Source of the DNA: an uncultured bacterium
GTDB lineage: Bacteria > Desulfobacterota_D > UBA1144 > Nemesobacterales > UBA2774
DNA: 64,000 nucleotides
Assembly: GCA_963705505.1 (NCBI GenBank)
Contig: CAVPJU010000001.1
Location: 192,001-256,000 of the forward strand
Direction: 5' to 3'
In this document: positions 10,014-18,760 of the stretch, piece by piece
Layout of the letters: each line of letters opens with the position of its first letter
Position numbering within the stretch: position 1 is the first letter of the stretch
Position numbers and translations under genes: made by a program
The notes under the pieces: generated by a model
Seen by the model: only the letters and a program-made list of their open reading frames with translations
What the model was told of the DNA's origin: nothing
Databases searched by the model: none

Positions 10014-10592
10014 ATGAGAAAACGGATAACACTGCTTTTGCTGCCTATACTGTCTCTTTTTATTTTTCTGGGTCTATATTTTTTCGACTTCAGCGCTCAA
10101 AGCAGCAGCCAGGGTCCGATTCAGCCTATAAGGTTCAGTCACAAAATCCATGCCGGCATGGACAACACTCAGCTCCCCTGTCAGTACTGCCACAGTTTCG
10201 TAGACGTATCTCCGAACCCCGGAATACCTTCGGTTAAAAAATGCATGGGGTGCCACACGCACATAGCGGGGCGCGATGTCGAATACGATTTTGACGGGAC
10301 GACTATAAATATCATGAATGAAATAGGTAAAGTCAGGGATTATTGGGCGAAGAAGGAGCCGATTCCGTGGAACAAGGTAAATTCTATGCCCGGGTATGTC
10401 CACTTTACACATAAGAGGCATATTCAGCGCGGGTTCGAATGCAAGGCGTGCCATGGGGATGTAGCAAATATGAATCAGGTCTATAAGGTCGAGAGGCTCA
10501 ACATGGGATTCTGCATAACCTGTCATACGCAGAATGCGAAGGACCATGAGCAGCTGACTCACCTTAAGGACTGTCTCACGTGTCATTATTAA
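10014..10592 (+). CDS. actA: Alternative complex III pentaheme cytochrome c subunit
   Basis: N-terminal TM helix, QPIRFSHKIH, five CxxCH motifs (CQYCH, CMGCH, CKACH, CITCH, CLTCH). Confidence 0.92.
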   Translation: MRKRITLLLLPILSLFIFLGLYFFDFSAQSSSQGPIQPIRFSHKIHAGMDNTQLPCQYCHSFVDVSPNPGIPSVKKCMGCHTHIAGRDVEYDFDGTTINIMNEIGKVRDYWAKKEPIPWNKVNSMPGYVHFTHKRHIQRGFECKACHGDVANMNQVYKVERLNMGFCITCHTQNAKDHEQLTHLKDCLTCHY

Positions 10593-10604
10593 TTGGAGGA
10601 GGAA

Positions 10605-13541
10605 ATGTCTCAAGATAAAAAGGGCGGTATCAAGAGAAGGGATTTCCTTAAGATCATAGGAGTTGCGAGCGGTACGGCTGCTATAGCCGGCGCCTGCTCC
10701 AATCCGGCAGAGCAGATCATCCCTTATGTCATCCCGCCTGAGGGTATCATCCCCGGTGTACCTAACTTCTACGCCAGCACATGCCGGGAGTGTCCGGCGG
10801 GCTGCGGTATAATCGTGAAGAACCGCGAAGGCCGGGCGATTAAGGTAGAGGGGAACCCTGCAAACCCAATAAATAGGGGATCGAGCTGCGCTCAGGGTCA
10901 GGCCATGCTTCAGGGGCTTTATAACCCCGACCGTATACGGTCTCCTCTCAGTAAAAACGATCTCGGGAGAATGCTGCCCGAAGGATGGGACAACGCCCAG
11001 AAAATTCTCACGGATAAAATCGAAGAGATTAGAAAGAAAGGCGGCAGCGGAAGGATCGTGTTCTTGTCCGACCACAATGAAGGGACACTCGGCAGCCTGA
11101 TAGACGACTGGATGTCTGCGATTGGCGGAAAGCGCATTTCTTATGAGGTCTATTCGTATGAGCCGTTAAAAGAAGCAAACCGTATCGTATTCGGAATAGA
11201 CAAGCTGCCTACATATAACATCGACAAAGCGAAGTACCTCCTTTCGTTCGGCGCCGACTTTATAGAAACCTGGCTTTCGCCGACCCTCTACACGAGGCAG
11301 TTCAGCGATATGCACTCCTATAAGGACAAGTCAATGGGGAAATTCGTCTACGTGGACCCGAGAGCGTCTCTTACGGGAGTAAACGCGGACGAATGGGTTT
11401 CTATAAAACCGGGTACGGAAGCGGTCCTCGCGCTCGGTATTGCAAACGTCATGGTGAGCGAAGGGTTGGCTGCTAACGGCGGAGGCGGGTTTGCGGGCCT
11501 CCTGAGCGGTTACACGCCCGACAAAGTGTCCACGGTGACGGATGTTCCCGCAGATACCATAAGAGAGATAGCAAAGGAGTTCTCTTCGATGCAGCCGAGC
11601 CTCGCTATCGGCGGTGGCGTCGCGAATACCTCCACAAACGCTACGGAGACCCTCGTTGCGATAAATATTCTAAATTACGTGGCCGGAAATGTGGGCCAGA
11701 CTATCGATTTCGGCAATACACTGACACTCTCGAACGTAAGCTCGTTTAAAGAAATATCCGCGCTCGTCGATTCCATGGCTAAGGGCCAGGTCGATCTATT
11801 ATTCATATACAACGTAAACCCCGTATTCACACTGCCCAAGCCGCTCGGATTTGAGGATGCGCTCGGCAAGGTGCCTTACGTGGTCAGCTTCTCGAGTTTC
11901 ATGGACGAGACGACCGAGAAGGCCAACCTCATTCTTCCGGATAATACGACAATAGAGAGCTGGGGGGATTTCATACCCGATGAAAGGGTCCACGGTTTGA
12001 TACAGCCGGTAATGACCCCGGTATTCAACACCAAGAACACGGGCGACGTAATACTCGCCGTCACGGCCGGGCTTGAGGGTTTGAAGGACAGATATACTCA
12101 GACTTCGTTTTATGACTACCTGAGAGATTCATGGAAGCGCGTCTGGACGAGTGTCACGGGCGGCGGGGATTTCGAGGCTTTCTGGAAAGACGCTCTCGAG
12201 AAGGGCGGAATTTACAGAGAAGTCAGCCCCGTACAGGTATCCGTGTCCGGGAATATTTCAGGAATAAGCTTTTCCGCTCCCGAATTCATGGGGGACGGCG
12301 AATACTATTTCGTAGCCTACCCGTCTTACAAATACTACGACGGGAGGGGGGCTAACAAGCCCTGGCTCCAGGAGCTGCCCGATGCCATCAGCACGGGGGT
12401 CTGGGACTCGTGGGTCGAGATACACCCCGATACCGCAAATAAGCTCGGCGTTAAGCTCGGGGATTTCGTAAAGATCGAGTCCCCTTACGGTGCGATCGAG
12501 ACGCAGGCCTATGTTTATCAGGGGATAAGACCCGATACGCTTGCCGTGATGATCGGCCAGGGGCATACGAGCTACGGAAGGTATGCAAAAGACAGAGGGG
12601 TAAACCCTATCTCCATTCTTCCCGTTTCCATCGATAAGATTACGGGGAGCTTCGCCTGGCTTACTACGAAGGTTAAGGCCGCGGGTACGGGAAAATACGC
12701 CCAGTTCGTACAGACACAGTACACCACTGATCAGCATGACAGGGACGTCGCACAGCAGGTAACGCTCACGGAGCTCGAGCAGGGCTTACAACGTGAAGAG
12801 GAGAAAGAGCCCGATTTTTATCCTCCCAAAGTATATGCGAGGTATCAGTGGGGTATGTCGATAGACCTTCAGAAATGCACCGGATGCGGCGCGTGTGTCA
12901 CGGCCTGCTACGCGGAGAACAATATCCCGTTTGTCGGCAAGGAGCTCATGGCAAAGAGGCGCGACATGGCGTGGCTCAGGATCGAGAGATATTTTGAAAA
13001 ATCCGACAATAAGTCCGGGTTCGAGACGAGATTTCTGCCGATGCTCTGCCAGCAGTGCAATAACGCTCCTTGTGAGCCGGTATGTCCGGTATTCGCGACA
13101 TACCATAACCCCGAAGGGCTTAACGCTATGGTGTACAACAGGTGTGTGGGGACGAGGTATTGCTCTAACAACTGCACGTACAGCGTGCGGAAGTTCAACT
13201 GGTTCTCGTATAAATTCCCCGAGCCCCTCAACTGGCAGCTAAACCCGGACGTCACTGTCAGGGATAAAGGCGTGATGGAGAAATGTACGTTCTGCATACA
13301 GAGGATCAATTATGCCAAGGACCAGGCCAAGGACAAGGGCAGGGACGTGCTGGACGGTGAGATCCAGGTCGCGTGCCAGCAGTCCTGTGCGTCGGGCGCT
13401 ATTGTTTTCGGGAATTTAAAGGATACAGGCTCGGAGGTTTCTAAACTTTCGAGTGACGAAAGGGGTTATAACGTGCTTCATCAGCTTAACACGCAGCCGA
13501 ATATTACGTATCTAAAAAAAGTCAAATGGGATAAGGCATAA
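10605..13541 (+). CDS. actB: Alternative complex III subunit B (molybdopterin-oxidoreductase-like B1 fused to Fe-S B2), Tat lipoprotein
   Basis: KRRDFLK Tat motif, AGAC lipobox, DGRGANKPWLQELPD, four C-terminal ferredoxin-type Cys groups; operon context. Confidence 0.92.
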   Translation: MSQDKKGGIKRRDFLKIIGVASGTAAIAGACSNPAEQIIPYVIPPEGIIPGVPNFYASTCRECPAGCGIIVKNREGRAIKVEGNPANPINRGSSCAQGQAMLQGLYNPDRIRSPLSKNDLGRMLPEGWDNAQKILTDKIEEIRKKGGSGRIVFLSDHNEGTLGSLIDDWMSAIGGKRISYEVYSYEPLKEANRIVFGIDKLPTYNIDKAKYLLSFGADFIETWLSPTLYTRQFSDMHSYKDKSMGKFVYVDPRASLTGVNADEWVSIKPGTEAVLALGIANVMVSEGLAANGGGGFAGLLSGYTPDKVSTVTDVPADTIREIAKEFSSMQPSLAIGGGVANTSTNATETLVAINILNYVAGNVGQTIDFGNTLTLSNVSSFKEISALVDSMAKGQVDLLFIYNVNPVFTLPKPLGFEDALGKVPYVVSFSSFMDETTEKANLILPDNTTIESWGDFIPDERVHGLIQPVMTPVFNTKNTGDVILAVTAGLEGLKDRYTQTSFYDYLRDSWKRVWTSVTGGGDFEAFWKDALEKGGIYREVSPVQVSVSGNISGISFSAPEFMGDGEYYFVAYPSYKYYDGRGANKPWLQELPDAISTGVWDSWVEIHPDTANKLGVKLGDFVKIESPYGAIETQAYVYQGIRPDTLAVMIGQGHTSYGRYAKDRGVNPISILPVSIDKITGSFAWLTTKVKAAGTGKYAQFVQTQYTTDQHDRDVAQQVTLTELEQGLQREEEKEPDFYPPKVYARYQWGMSIDLQKCTGCGACVTACYAENNIPFVGKELMAKRRDMAWLRIERYFEKSDNKSGFETRFLPMLCQQCNNAPCEPVCPVFATYHNPEGLNAMVYNRCVGTRYCSNNCTYSVRKFNWFSYKFPEPLNWQLNPDVTVRDKGVMEKCTFCIQRINYAKDQAKDKGRDVLDGEIQVACQQSCASGAIVFGNLKDTGSEVSKLSSDERGYNVLHQLNTQPNITYLKKVKWDKA

Positions 13542-14878
13542 TGAGTGAGCAAACATCATTAACTTATGCAAAAGTTAACGAAGATGTAATACGAATACTC
13601 GATAAGCCCACCATAAAGTGGCTTGCGCTGTTCATACCCACTCTCGGGTTCGTCGGCTTCGGTCTCTTTTGTTTTCTTTATCAGGTCTATACGGGTCTCG
13701 GTGTGGCGGGTTACAGGCACCCGGTATTCTGGGGCGTTTACATCACGGACTTCGTTTTCTGGGTCGGTATAGCGCACTCGGGAACGCTGATCTCGGCAAT
13801 ACTTTACCTCTTCAGGGCTAATTTCAGGGTTTCCATATATAGGATTGCGGAAGCGATGACGGTTTTTGCGGTTCTGACCGCGGGGCTTTTCCCGATCATA
13901 CACCTGGGAAGACCGTGGTTCTTCTACTGGCTTTTCCCATATCCCAACCAGAGAGAATTGTGGGTCAATTTCAAATCTCCGCTCCTCTGGGACGTATTTG
14001 CAGTCAGCACATACCTCACTGTGAGCTCCGTATTTTTCTTCGTCGGGATGATACCGGATATAGCCGCGGTCAGGGACAAGGTGAAAGAAGTCCCGCGCAA
14101 AATTTTATACACCGTGCTCTCGTTGGGATGGAAGGGCTCCAACTGGGAATGGCTCCATTATTCGAGGGCGTATCTCTATTTCGCCGCGTTTGCGACACCG
14201 CTCGTTTTGTCAGTGCACAGTGTCGTATCCTGGGACTTCGCTATGGCGGACCTGCCCGGGTGGCATACGACGATTTTCGCCCCCTATTTCGTAGCGGGAG
14301 CTATATTCTCGGGGCTCGGGATGGTCATATCGCTCACCATTCCCATAAGAAAAATCTTCGCGCTCGAGAACTACATAACACTCGACAATTATGACGGCAT
14401 GGCGAAGATGATATTACTCACGTCCCTTATCGTAGGGTATGCGTACGGATGTGAATTTTTTATGGCGTGGTACAGCGGAAACCCAGCGGAATGGGGACAG
14501 TTTTATTACAGGGCGACCGGGCAGTATGCGCTTTTTTACTGGATAATGGTCGTTTGCAACGTAGTCATGCCGATCCCGCTCTGGTTCAAGTCCGTAAGGA
14601 GAAATCTAAAAGTATTATTCATTATTTCCATATTCATAAACATCGGTATGTGGTTTGAAAGGTTCAACATCATCGTGATCTCTCTCTCCCAGGGTTTCGA
14701 GCCCGGCGCGTGGGGGATCTATAAAATCTCCTGGGTTGAAATGGGGATTACGGTCGGCAGCTTTGCGTGGTTCTTCATGTTCTTCCTTCTGTTTATAAAG
14801 ACGCTGCCCGCAATTTCGATTTCCGAATTAAAGGAAATATTGCCTGTTCCGAGGAAGGAGGCAAAACATCATGGATAA
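13541..14878 (+). CDS. actC: Alternative complex III quinol-oxidising membrane subunit (NrfD/PsrC family)
   Basis: WGVYITDFVFWVGIAHSGTLISA, HLGRPW, SPLLWDVFAV and SVHSVVSWDF motifs. Confidence 0.93.
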   Translation: MSEQTSLTYAKVNEDVIRILDKPTIKWLALFIPTLGFVGFGLFCFLYQVYTGLGVAGYRHPVFWGVYITDFVFWVGIAHSGTLISAILYLFRANFRVSIYRIAEAMTVFAVLTAGLFPIIHLGRPWFFYWLFPYPNQRELWVNFKSPLLWDVFAVSTYLTVSSVFFFVGMIPDIAAVRDKVKEVPRKILYTVLSLGWKGSNWEWLHYSRAYLYFAAFATPLVLSVHSVVSWDFAMADLPGWHTTIFAPYFVAGAIFSGLGMVISLTIPIRKIFALENYITLDNYDGMAKMILLTSLIVGYAYGCEFFMAWYSGNPAEWGQFYYRATGQYALFYWIMVVCNVVMPIPLWFKSVRRNLKVLFIISIFINIGMWFERFNIIVISLSQGFEPGAWGIYKISWVEMGITVGSFAWFFMFFLLFIKTLPAISISELKEILPVPRKEAKHHG

Positions 14879-15380
14879 TCAGGGAGTTCTGGGAATATTC
14901 TCTTACCTCGACCTCACGGTTAATGCCGTAAAGAAACTGAAGGAAGAGGGTTTCAAAAATCTGCGTGTTTTTTCCCCCGTGCCGAACCATGAGATAGAAC
15001 ATGCCGTGGGGGCTCCTGAGAGCATCGTGCGTTTCTTTACTCTCTTCGGCGCCATGCTCGGCGCTGCCTGCGGTGTCGGTTTTACGGTCCTGACATCTAC
15101 GGATTGGCCTCTTCCGGTAAGCGCAAAACCGATCGTGTCGTTACCCCCTTACATAGTAATAATATTCGAGCTCACGATCCTCATGGGCTCGCTTTCGACC
15201 CTTCTCGGGCTGCTAATTAATTCCCGTCTCAGGCGGAACGCTCCGACGAACATGTATGACCCCAGGTTTTCCGATGATAAGTTCGGCATAATGGTTACGT
15301 GTAACAGGGATAAGGTGAAGAAGGTCGAGGAGATTCTAAATTCCCAGGGGGCTGAAGAAATAAAATTCGACGGGGTTTGA
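14871..15380 (+). CDS. actD: Alternative complex III subunit D (DUF3341)
   Basis: FSPVPNH, DWPLPVSAKP, FELTIL and DPRFSDDKF motifs; two TM helices. Confidence 0.9.
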   Translation: MDNQGVLGIFSYLDLTVNAVKKLKEEGFKNLRVFSPVPNHEIEHAVGAPESIVRFFTLFGAMLGAACGVGFTVLTSTDWPLPVSAKPIVSLPPYIVIIFELTILMGSLSTLLGLLINSRLRRNAPTNMYDPRFSDDKFGIMVTCNRDKVKKVEEILNSQGAEEIKFDGV

Positions 15381-15412
15381 GCCGTCGCGGTCTCTCAGGA
15401 GGTAAAACGGGT

Positions 15413-15979
15413 TTGTCATTGAAGAATGCGAAATATTATACGATTTTAGTTCTGCTCTTAGGTCTTTCCGGAGCATCGAAGGCGGGCGCATTTCCGTGGA
15501 ATTTCGATATGTATATTCAGCCTTCGATCCTGCCTTATGAAGAGCCGATCCCATACCCGCAGCAGTCGGTATCGACGACCGGTCTCAGGATAGAGCCCAT
15601 GCCCCGTGAAGATTTCGAAAAGATGACGGAGAACCCCGTTGCCGCAACTGAAGAGTCTCTCAAAAAAGGTGAGAAGCTGTTTAATACGTACTGTTTTGTC
15701 TGCCACGGCAAAGAGGGCAAGGGTGACGGACCCGTAATCAAGAGGGGATTTTATCCAATGAACCTCACATCCCCGGCGGTTATTGCCAGGACCAACGGTT
15801 ACATATACGCATATATAAGATACGGCGGAAAGGTTATGATGCCGAGCTATCGGGAAAGCATAACTTCCGACGGCGCATGGAATGTTGTCAACTACGTGAG
15901 AAAGCTCCAGGGAAACCCGAAGACCGAACAACCGACTAACCCCCAGGACAAGAAAAAAGCAGAGGAGACCGCTCAGTAA
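15413..15979 (+). CDS. actE: Alternative complex III monoheme cytochrome c subunit
   Basis: DMYIQP, NPV...GEKLFNTYCFVCHG and MPSY motifs; AGGAGG RBS points to TTG start at 15413. Confidence 0.88.
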   Translation: MSLKNAKYYTILVLLLGLSGASKAGAFPWNFDMYIQPSILPYEEPIPYPQQSVSTTGLRIEPMPREDFEKMTENPVAATEESLKKGEKLFNTYCFVCHGKEGKGDGPVIKRGFYPMNLTSPAVIARTNGYIYAYIRYGGKVMMPSYRESITSDGAWNVVNYVRKLQGNPKTEQPTNPQDKKKAEETAQ

Positions 15980-15980
15980 T

Positions 15981-17225
15981 ATGGACCAGCTTATAAGAGA
16001 TGAAATACTTGCCAAGAGATCGCGCATACCGTCTTCGGGCATATTTATTTTTCTGATTATAGCCGTGATCGGTTTCGGCACGTTCGTATTTCAGATTTTG
16101 GGGTCCTCTCCTCAGAATGCGTGGGAGATATTCCTGATAAACTTCCTTTTCTGGACCGGCATTGCGCAGGCGGGGATAGTATTTTCGTGCATCCTTCGTA
16201 TCACCAATGCAAGGTGGGCAAGGCCGCTCCTGCGTGTAAGCGAGGGGTTAGGCTCGTTTCTGCCCATATCGCTCGTCCTGCTCCTGGTCGTATTTGCGGG
16301 AAGGGATCACCTCCTCCCTTATGCGACCGAGCCTTATCACCATCCCAAGGACGTATGGCTCAATATGAAGTTCGTATTCGGGCGCGACGTGATAGGGTTC
16401 ATAGTGCTCCTCATAGTGAGCTCGTGCTACCTTTATTATTCCCTGAGGCAGGATCTGGGCGGAGTGAGCCAGAAATTGGAAGGGCTCGCCGGCTGGGTTT
16501 CATCCGGATGGAGAGGGGAGGATGAAAGGAAGGAGATCTGGATAAAGATAGGTAAATTTGCTCCCGTCGTTATCATTTTGTACGCACTCGTTTTCAGCTT
16601 TTTCGCCTGGGATTTAATGATGTCTCTCGATCCCCACTGGTTCAGCACGCTGTTCGGCCCGTTCTACTTCATGGGGAGCTTTGTGTCGGCTATAGGCACG
16701 ACGATCATTCTTTCGATAATGCTGAGGCGGAGACTCGGCCTCGAGGATTATCTCAACGATAACCAGTACCATGACATGGGAAAGCTCCTCCAGGGTTTTT
16801 CTCTCTTCTGGGTTTATCTGTTTTTCTCGCAGCTCCTGCCTATATGGTATGCGAACATGCCGGAGGAGACGGCATTCGTTATTAAGAGGGTACAGGAAGA
16901 GCCTTTCAGGTCCCTGGCGTGGGCGGTATTGACCTGCTGCTTTATATTCCCTTTCGTTTCATTGATCCCGCGAACGAACAAGGTGGTGAAACCGATAGTC
17001 GTGTTCATAGCGTCAGTGTCGTTGACCGGGTTCCTGCTCGAAAAGTATGTGCTTATAGTGCCTTCGCTGTCTAATACTATAAATTTCGGCTTGGTGCAGA
17101 TACTTGTAACACTGGGATTCCTGGGTGCATTCGTTATGACTTTCCTTATTTTTATGAGAGCGTTTCCGTCGATTCCTGTCGGTGATCCGTTCTTCGGCGG
17201 GAAATCCGGCTCGGGAGGACATTAA
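15981..17225 (+). CDS. actF: Alternative complex III membrane subunit F
   Basis: ActC paralogue: WDLMMSLDPHWFSTLFG, HDMGKLL and IWYANMPEET motifs. Confidence 0.92.
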   Translation: MDQLIRDEILAKRSRIPSSGIFIFLIIAVIGFGTFVFQILGSSPQNAWEIFLINFLFWTGIAQAGIVFSCILRITNARWARPLLRVSEGLGSFLPISLVLLLVVFAGRDHLLPYATEPYHHPKDVWLNMKFVFGRDVIGFIVLLIVSSCYLYYSLRQDLGGVSQKLEGLAGWVSSGWRGEDERKEIWIKIGKFAPVVIILYALVFSFFAWDLMMSLDPHWFSTLFGPFYFMGSFVSAIGTTIILSIMLRRRLGLEDYLNDNQYHDMGKLLQGFSLFWVYLFFSQLLPIWYANMPEETAFVIKRVQEEPFRSLAWAVLTCCFIFPFVSLIPRTNKVVKPIVVFIASVSLTGFLLEKYVLIVPSLSNTINFGLVQILVTLGFLGAFVMTFLIFMRAFPSIPVGDPFFGGKSGSGGH

Positions 17226-17368
17226 TGGACGAAAGAAAATTGGATATGATTTCACAGATAGTCGTGGCCGCTTTATGTCTCGGTGTGGCGGGCTTTATAT
17301 CGTTAATAGCGACCGTGGCTCTTTTCGGCCCTCATATCGCCCCTCTTATGAACAAGCTCCCCTGGTGA
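17225..17368 (+). CDS. 47-aa single-TM small protein, not in the ORF track; candidate accessory ACIII subunit
   Basis: TAATG stop/start overlap with actF, GGGAGG RBS, MDERKLDMISQIVVAALCLGVAGFISLIATVALFGPHIAPLMNKLPW. Confidence 0.7.
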   Translation: MDERKLDMISQIVVAALCLGVAGFISLIATVALFGPHIAPLMNKLPW

Positions 17369-17527
17369 GCCGGCGTGATATAACGGGCTGCTCGGCGGGA
17401 CTTCAGCGAAGTCAGGTATCCGCAACTATAATCATCCCTCGCCATTCAAAAGCTTAATTATTTGACAGACCGCCTTATCCGATGCAACAATCTTAAGGAC
17501 AAATTCCAGAAATATCAGGAGGTCGTT

Positions 17528-18379
17528 ATGGCTAAAGAACCGTCAGCTTCGGGAGGAAAAGGAAACGGGGCAAAATCCAAGAAAAAGAAAACCGGTCTTG
17601 ATTTTACGAACATTCTCTATGAAAAGAAGAACAGGGTCGCCTACGTGACGATAAACCGCCCGGAGGTGCGTAATGCGCTTAATTCGGAAGTACGGGAAGA
17701 GCTCGCGATCGCGATCGAGGACGCGTGGCTCGACGAGGGTATAGGCGTTATTGTCCTCACGGGCGCGGGCGGAAAAGCGTTTTCAGCGGGGGGAGATTTG
17801 TCGTGGATAGTCGATCCTGAGAAAAAGGTCGATGCGAAGTACATGCTCGTTCATTACAGGCTGGCGACGGCTATGCGGTCTTGCGGGAAACCAATTATCG
17901 CCAGGGTTGACGGCTTCTGCGTAGGCGGCGGGAACGAGTTAAACATGCTCTGCGATTTGACCATAGCGTCGGATACTTCCATCTTCGCTCAGGCTGGTCC
18001 TCTCGTCGGCAGCGCGCCTATATGGTACGGGCTCCAGCAGCTCCAGCATTCGGTCGGGGACAAGAAGGCGAGGGAAATAGTTTATCTATGCAACAGATAC
18101 ACGGCACAGGAAGCGATGAATATGGGCTGGGTAAACAAAGTGGTGCCCCAGGACAAGCTCGATGAGGAAGTGGACGCCTGGTGCAAGAGCCTCTTGGAGA
18201 AGAGCCGTCAGTCGCTCCGGATCGCGAAGCTGCAGATAAATTTCATATCCGATATGGCTTACCCCCAGATCACGCACGGCCTCGAGCTCGCGCGGTATTT
18301 CCTGAAAGCCCCTGAGATGGTCGAGGGAGCGACTGCGTTCCTTGAGAAGAGAAAGCCTGATTTCTGGGGAGTGGATTAA
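17528..18379 (+). CDS. Crotonase-superfamily enzyme of the MenB/BadI/Oah branch
   Basis: ITINRPEVRNAL-type motif, FSAGGD, GGGNEL, QAGPLVGS, FLEKRKPDF; AGGAGG RBS before ATG at 17528. Confidence 0.8.
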   Translation: MAKEPSASGGKGNGAKSKKKKTGLDFTNILYEKKNRVAYVTINRPEVRNALNSEVREELAIAIEDAWLDEGIGVIVLTGAGGKAFSAGGDLSWIVDPEKKVDAKYMLVHYRLATAMRSCGKPIIARVDGFCVGGGNELNMLCDLTIASDTSIFAQAGPLVGSAPIWYGLQQLQHSVGDKKAREIVYLCNRYTAQEAMNMGWVNKVVPQDKLDEEVDAWCKSLLEKSRQSLRIAKLQINFISDMAYPQITHGLELARYFLKAPEMVEGATAFLEKRKPDFWGVD

Positions 18380-18402
18380 ATATTCCTATTCGGGAGTGAC
18401 GG

Positions 18403-18747
18403 ATGTCTAAAGAGGCGGAAATAAAATTTCTGGTCAAGGTCGATGATAACGGTGTGCCGGATGAAATATACTGGAGCGCAAGCGATGCGGAGTTCGAGGG
18501 CTTGATGCCGTGCGACTCGCTCATGATATCCGTGTGGGACAGGGGGGAGAAGAACACAATGAGCATCGACCTCTGGACTAACGAGATGCAGGTGGGGGAA
18601 ATGAACGCTCATTTCTATTTCACTTTGATGAAAATGGCCGATACCTACAAGAGGGCGACGAATAATAGCGAGCTCTCCGATATGATAAGGAACTTCGCAA
18701 ACGAGTTCGCCAGGAAAGTGGACGAGTTTGCGAAAAAGGTAAATTAA
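18403..18747 (+). CDS. gldC: GldC-like protein
   Basis: EIKFxV-DDNGVP-IYWSA-MISVWD-IDLWT-EM-TLMKMADTYKRAT pattern matches Bacteroidota GldC as recalled. Confidence 0.75.
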   Translation: MSKEAEIKFLVKVDDNGVPDEIYWSASDAEFEGLMPCDSLMISVWDRGEKNTMSIDLWTNEMQVGEMNAHFYFTLMKMADTYKRATNNSELSDMIRNFANEFARKVDEFAKKVN

Positions 18748-18760
18748 ATTCCGTACTCCG

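Noticed and set aside
10074..11075. 333-aa antisense ORF, and the many similar shadow ORFs such as 23079-23984, 43785-44585 and 38470-39156
   Set aside because: They lie opposite well-supported genes, lack motifs and are expected from codon bias in GC-rich coding DNA.
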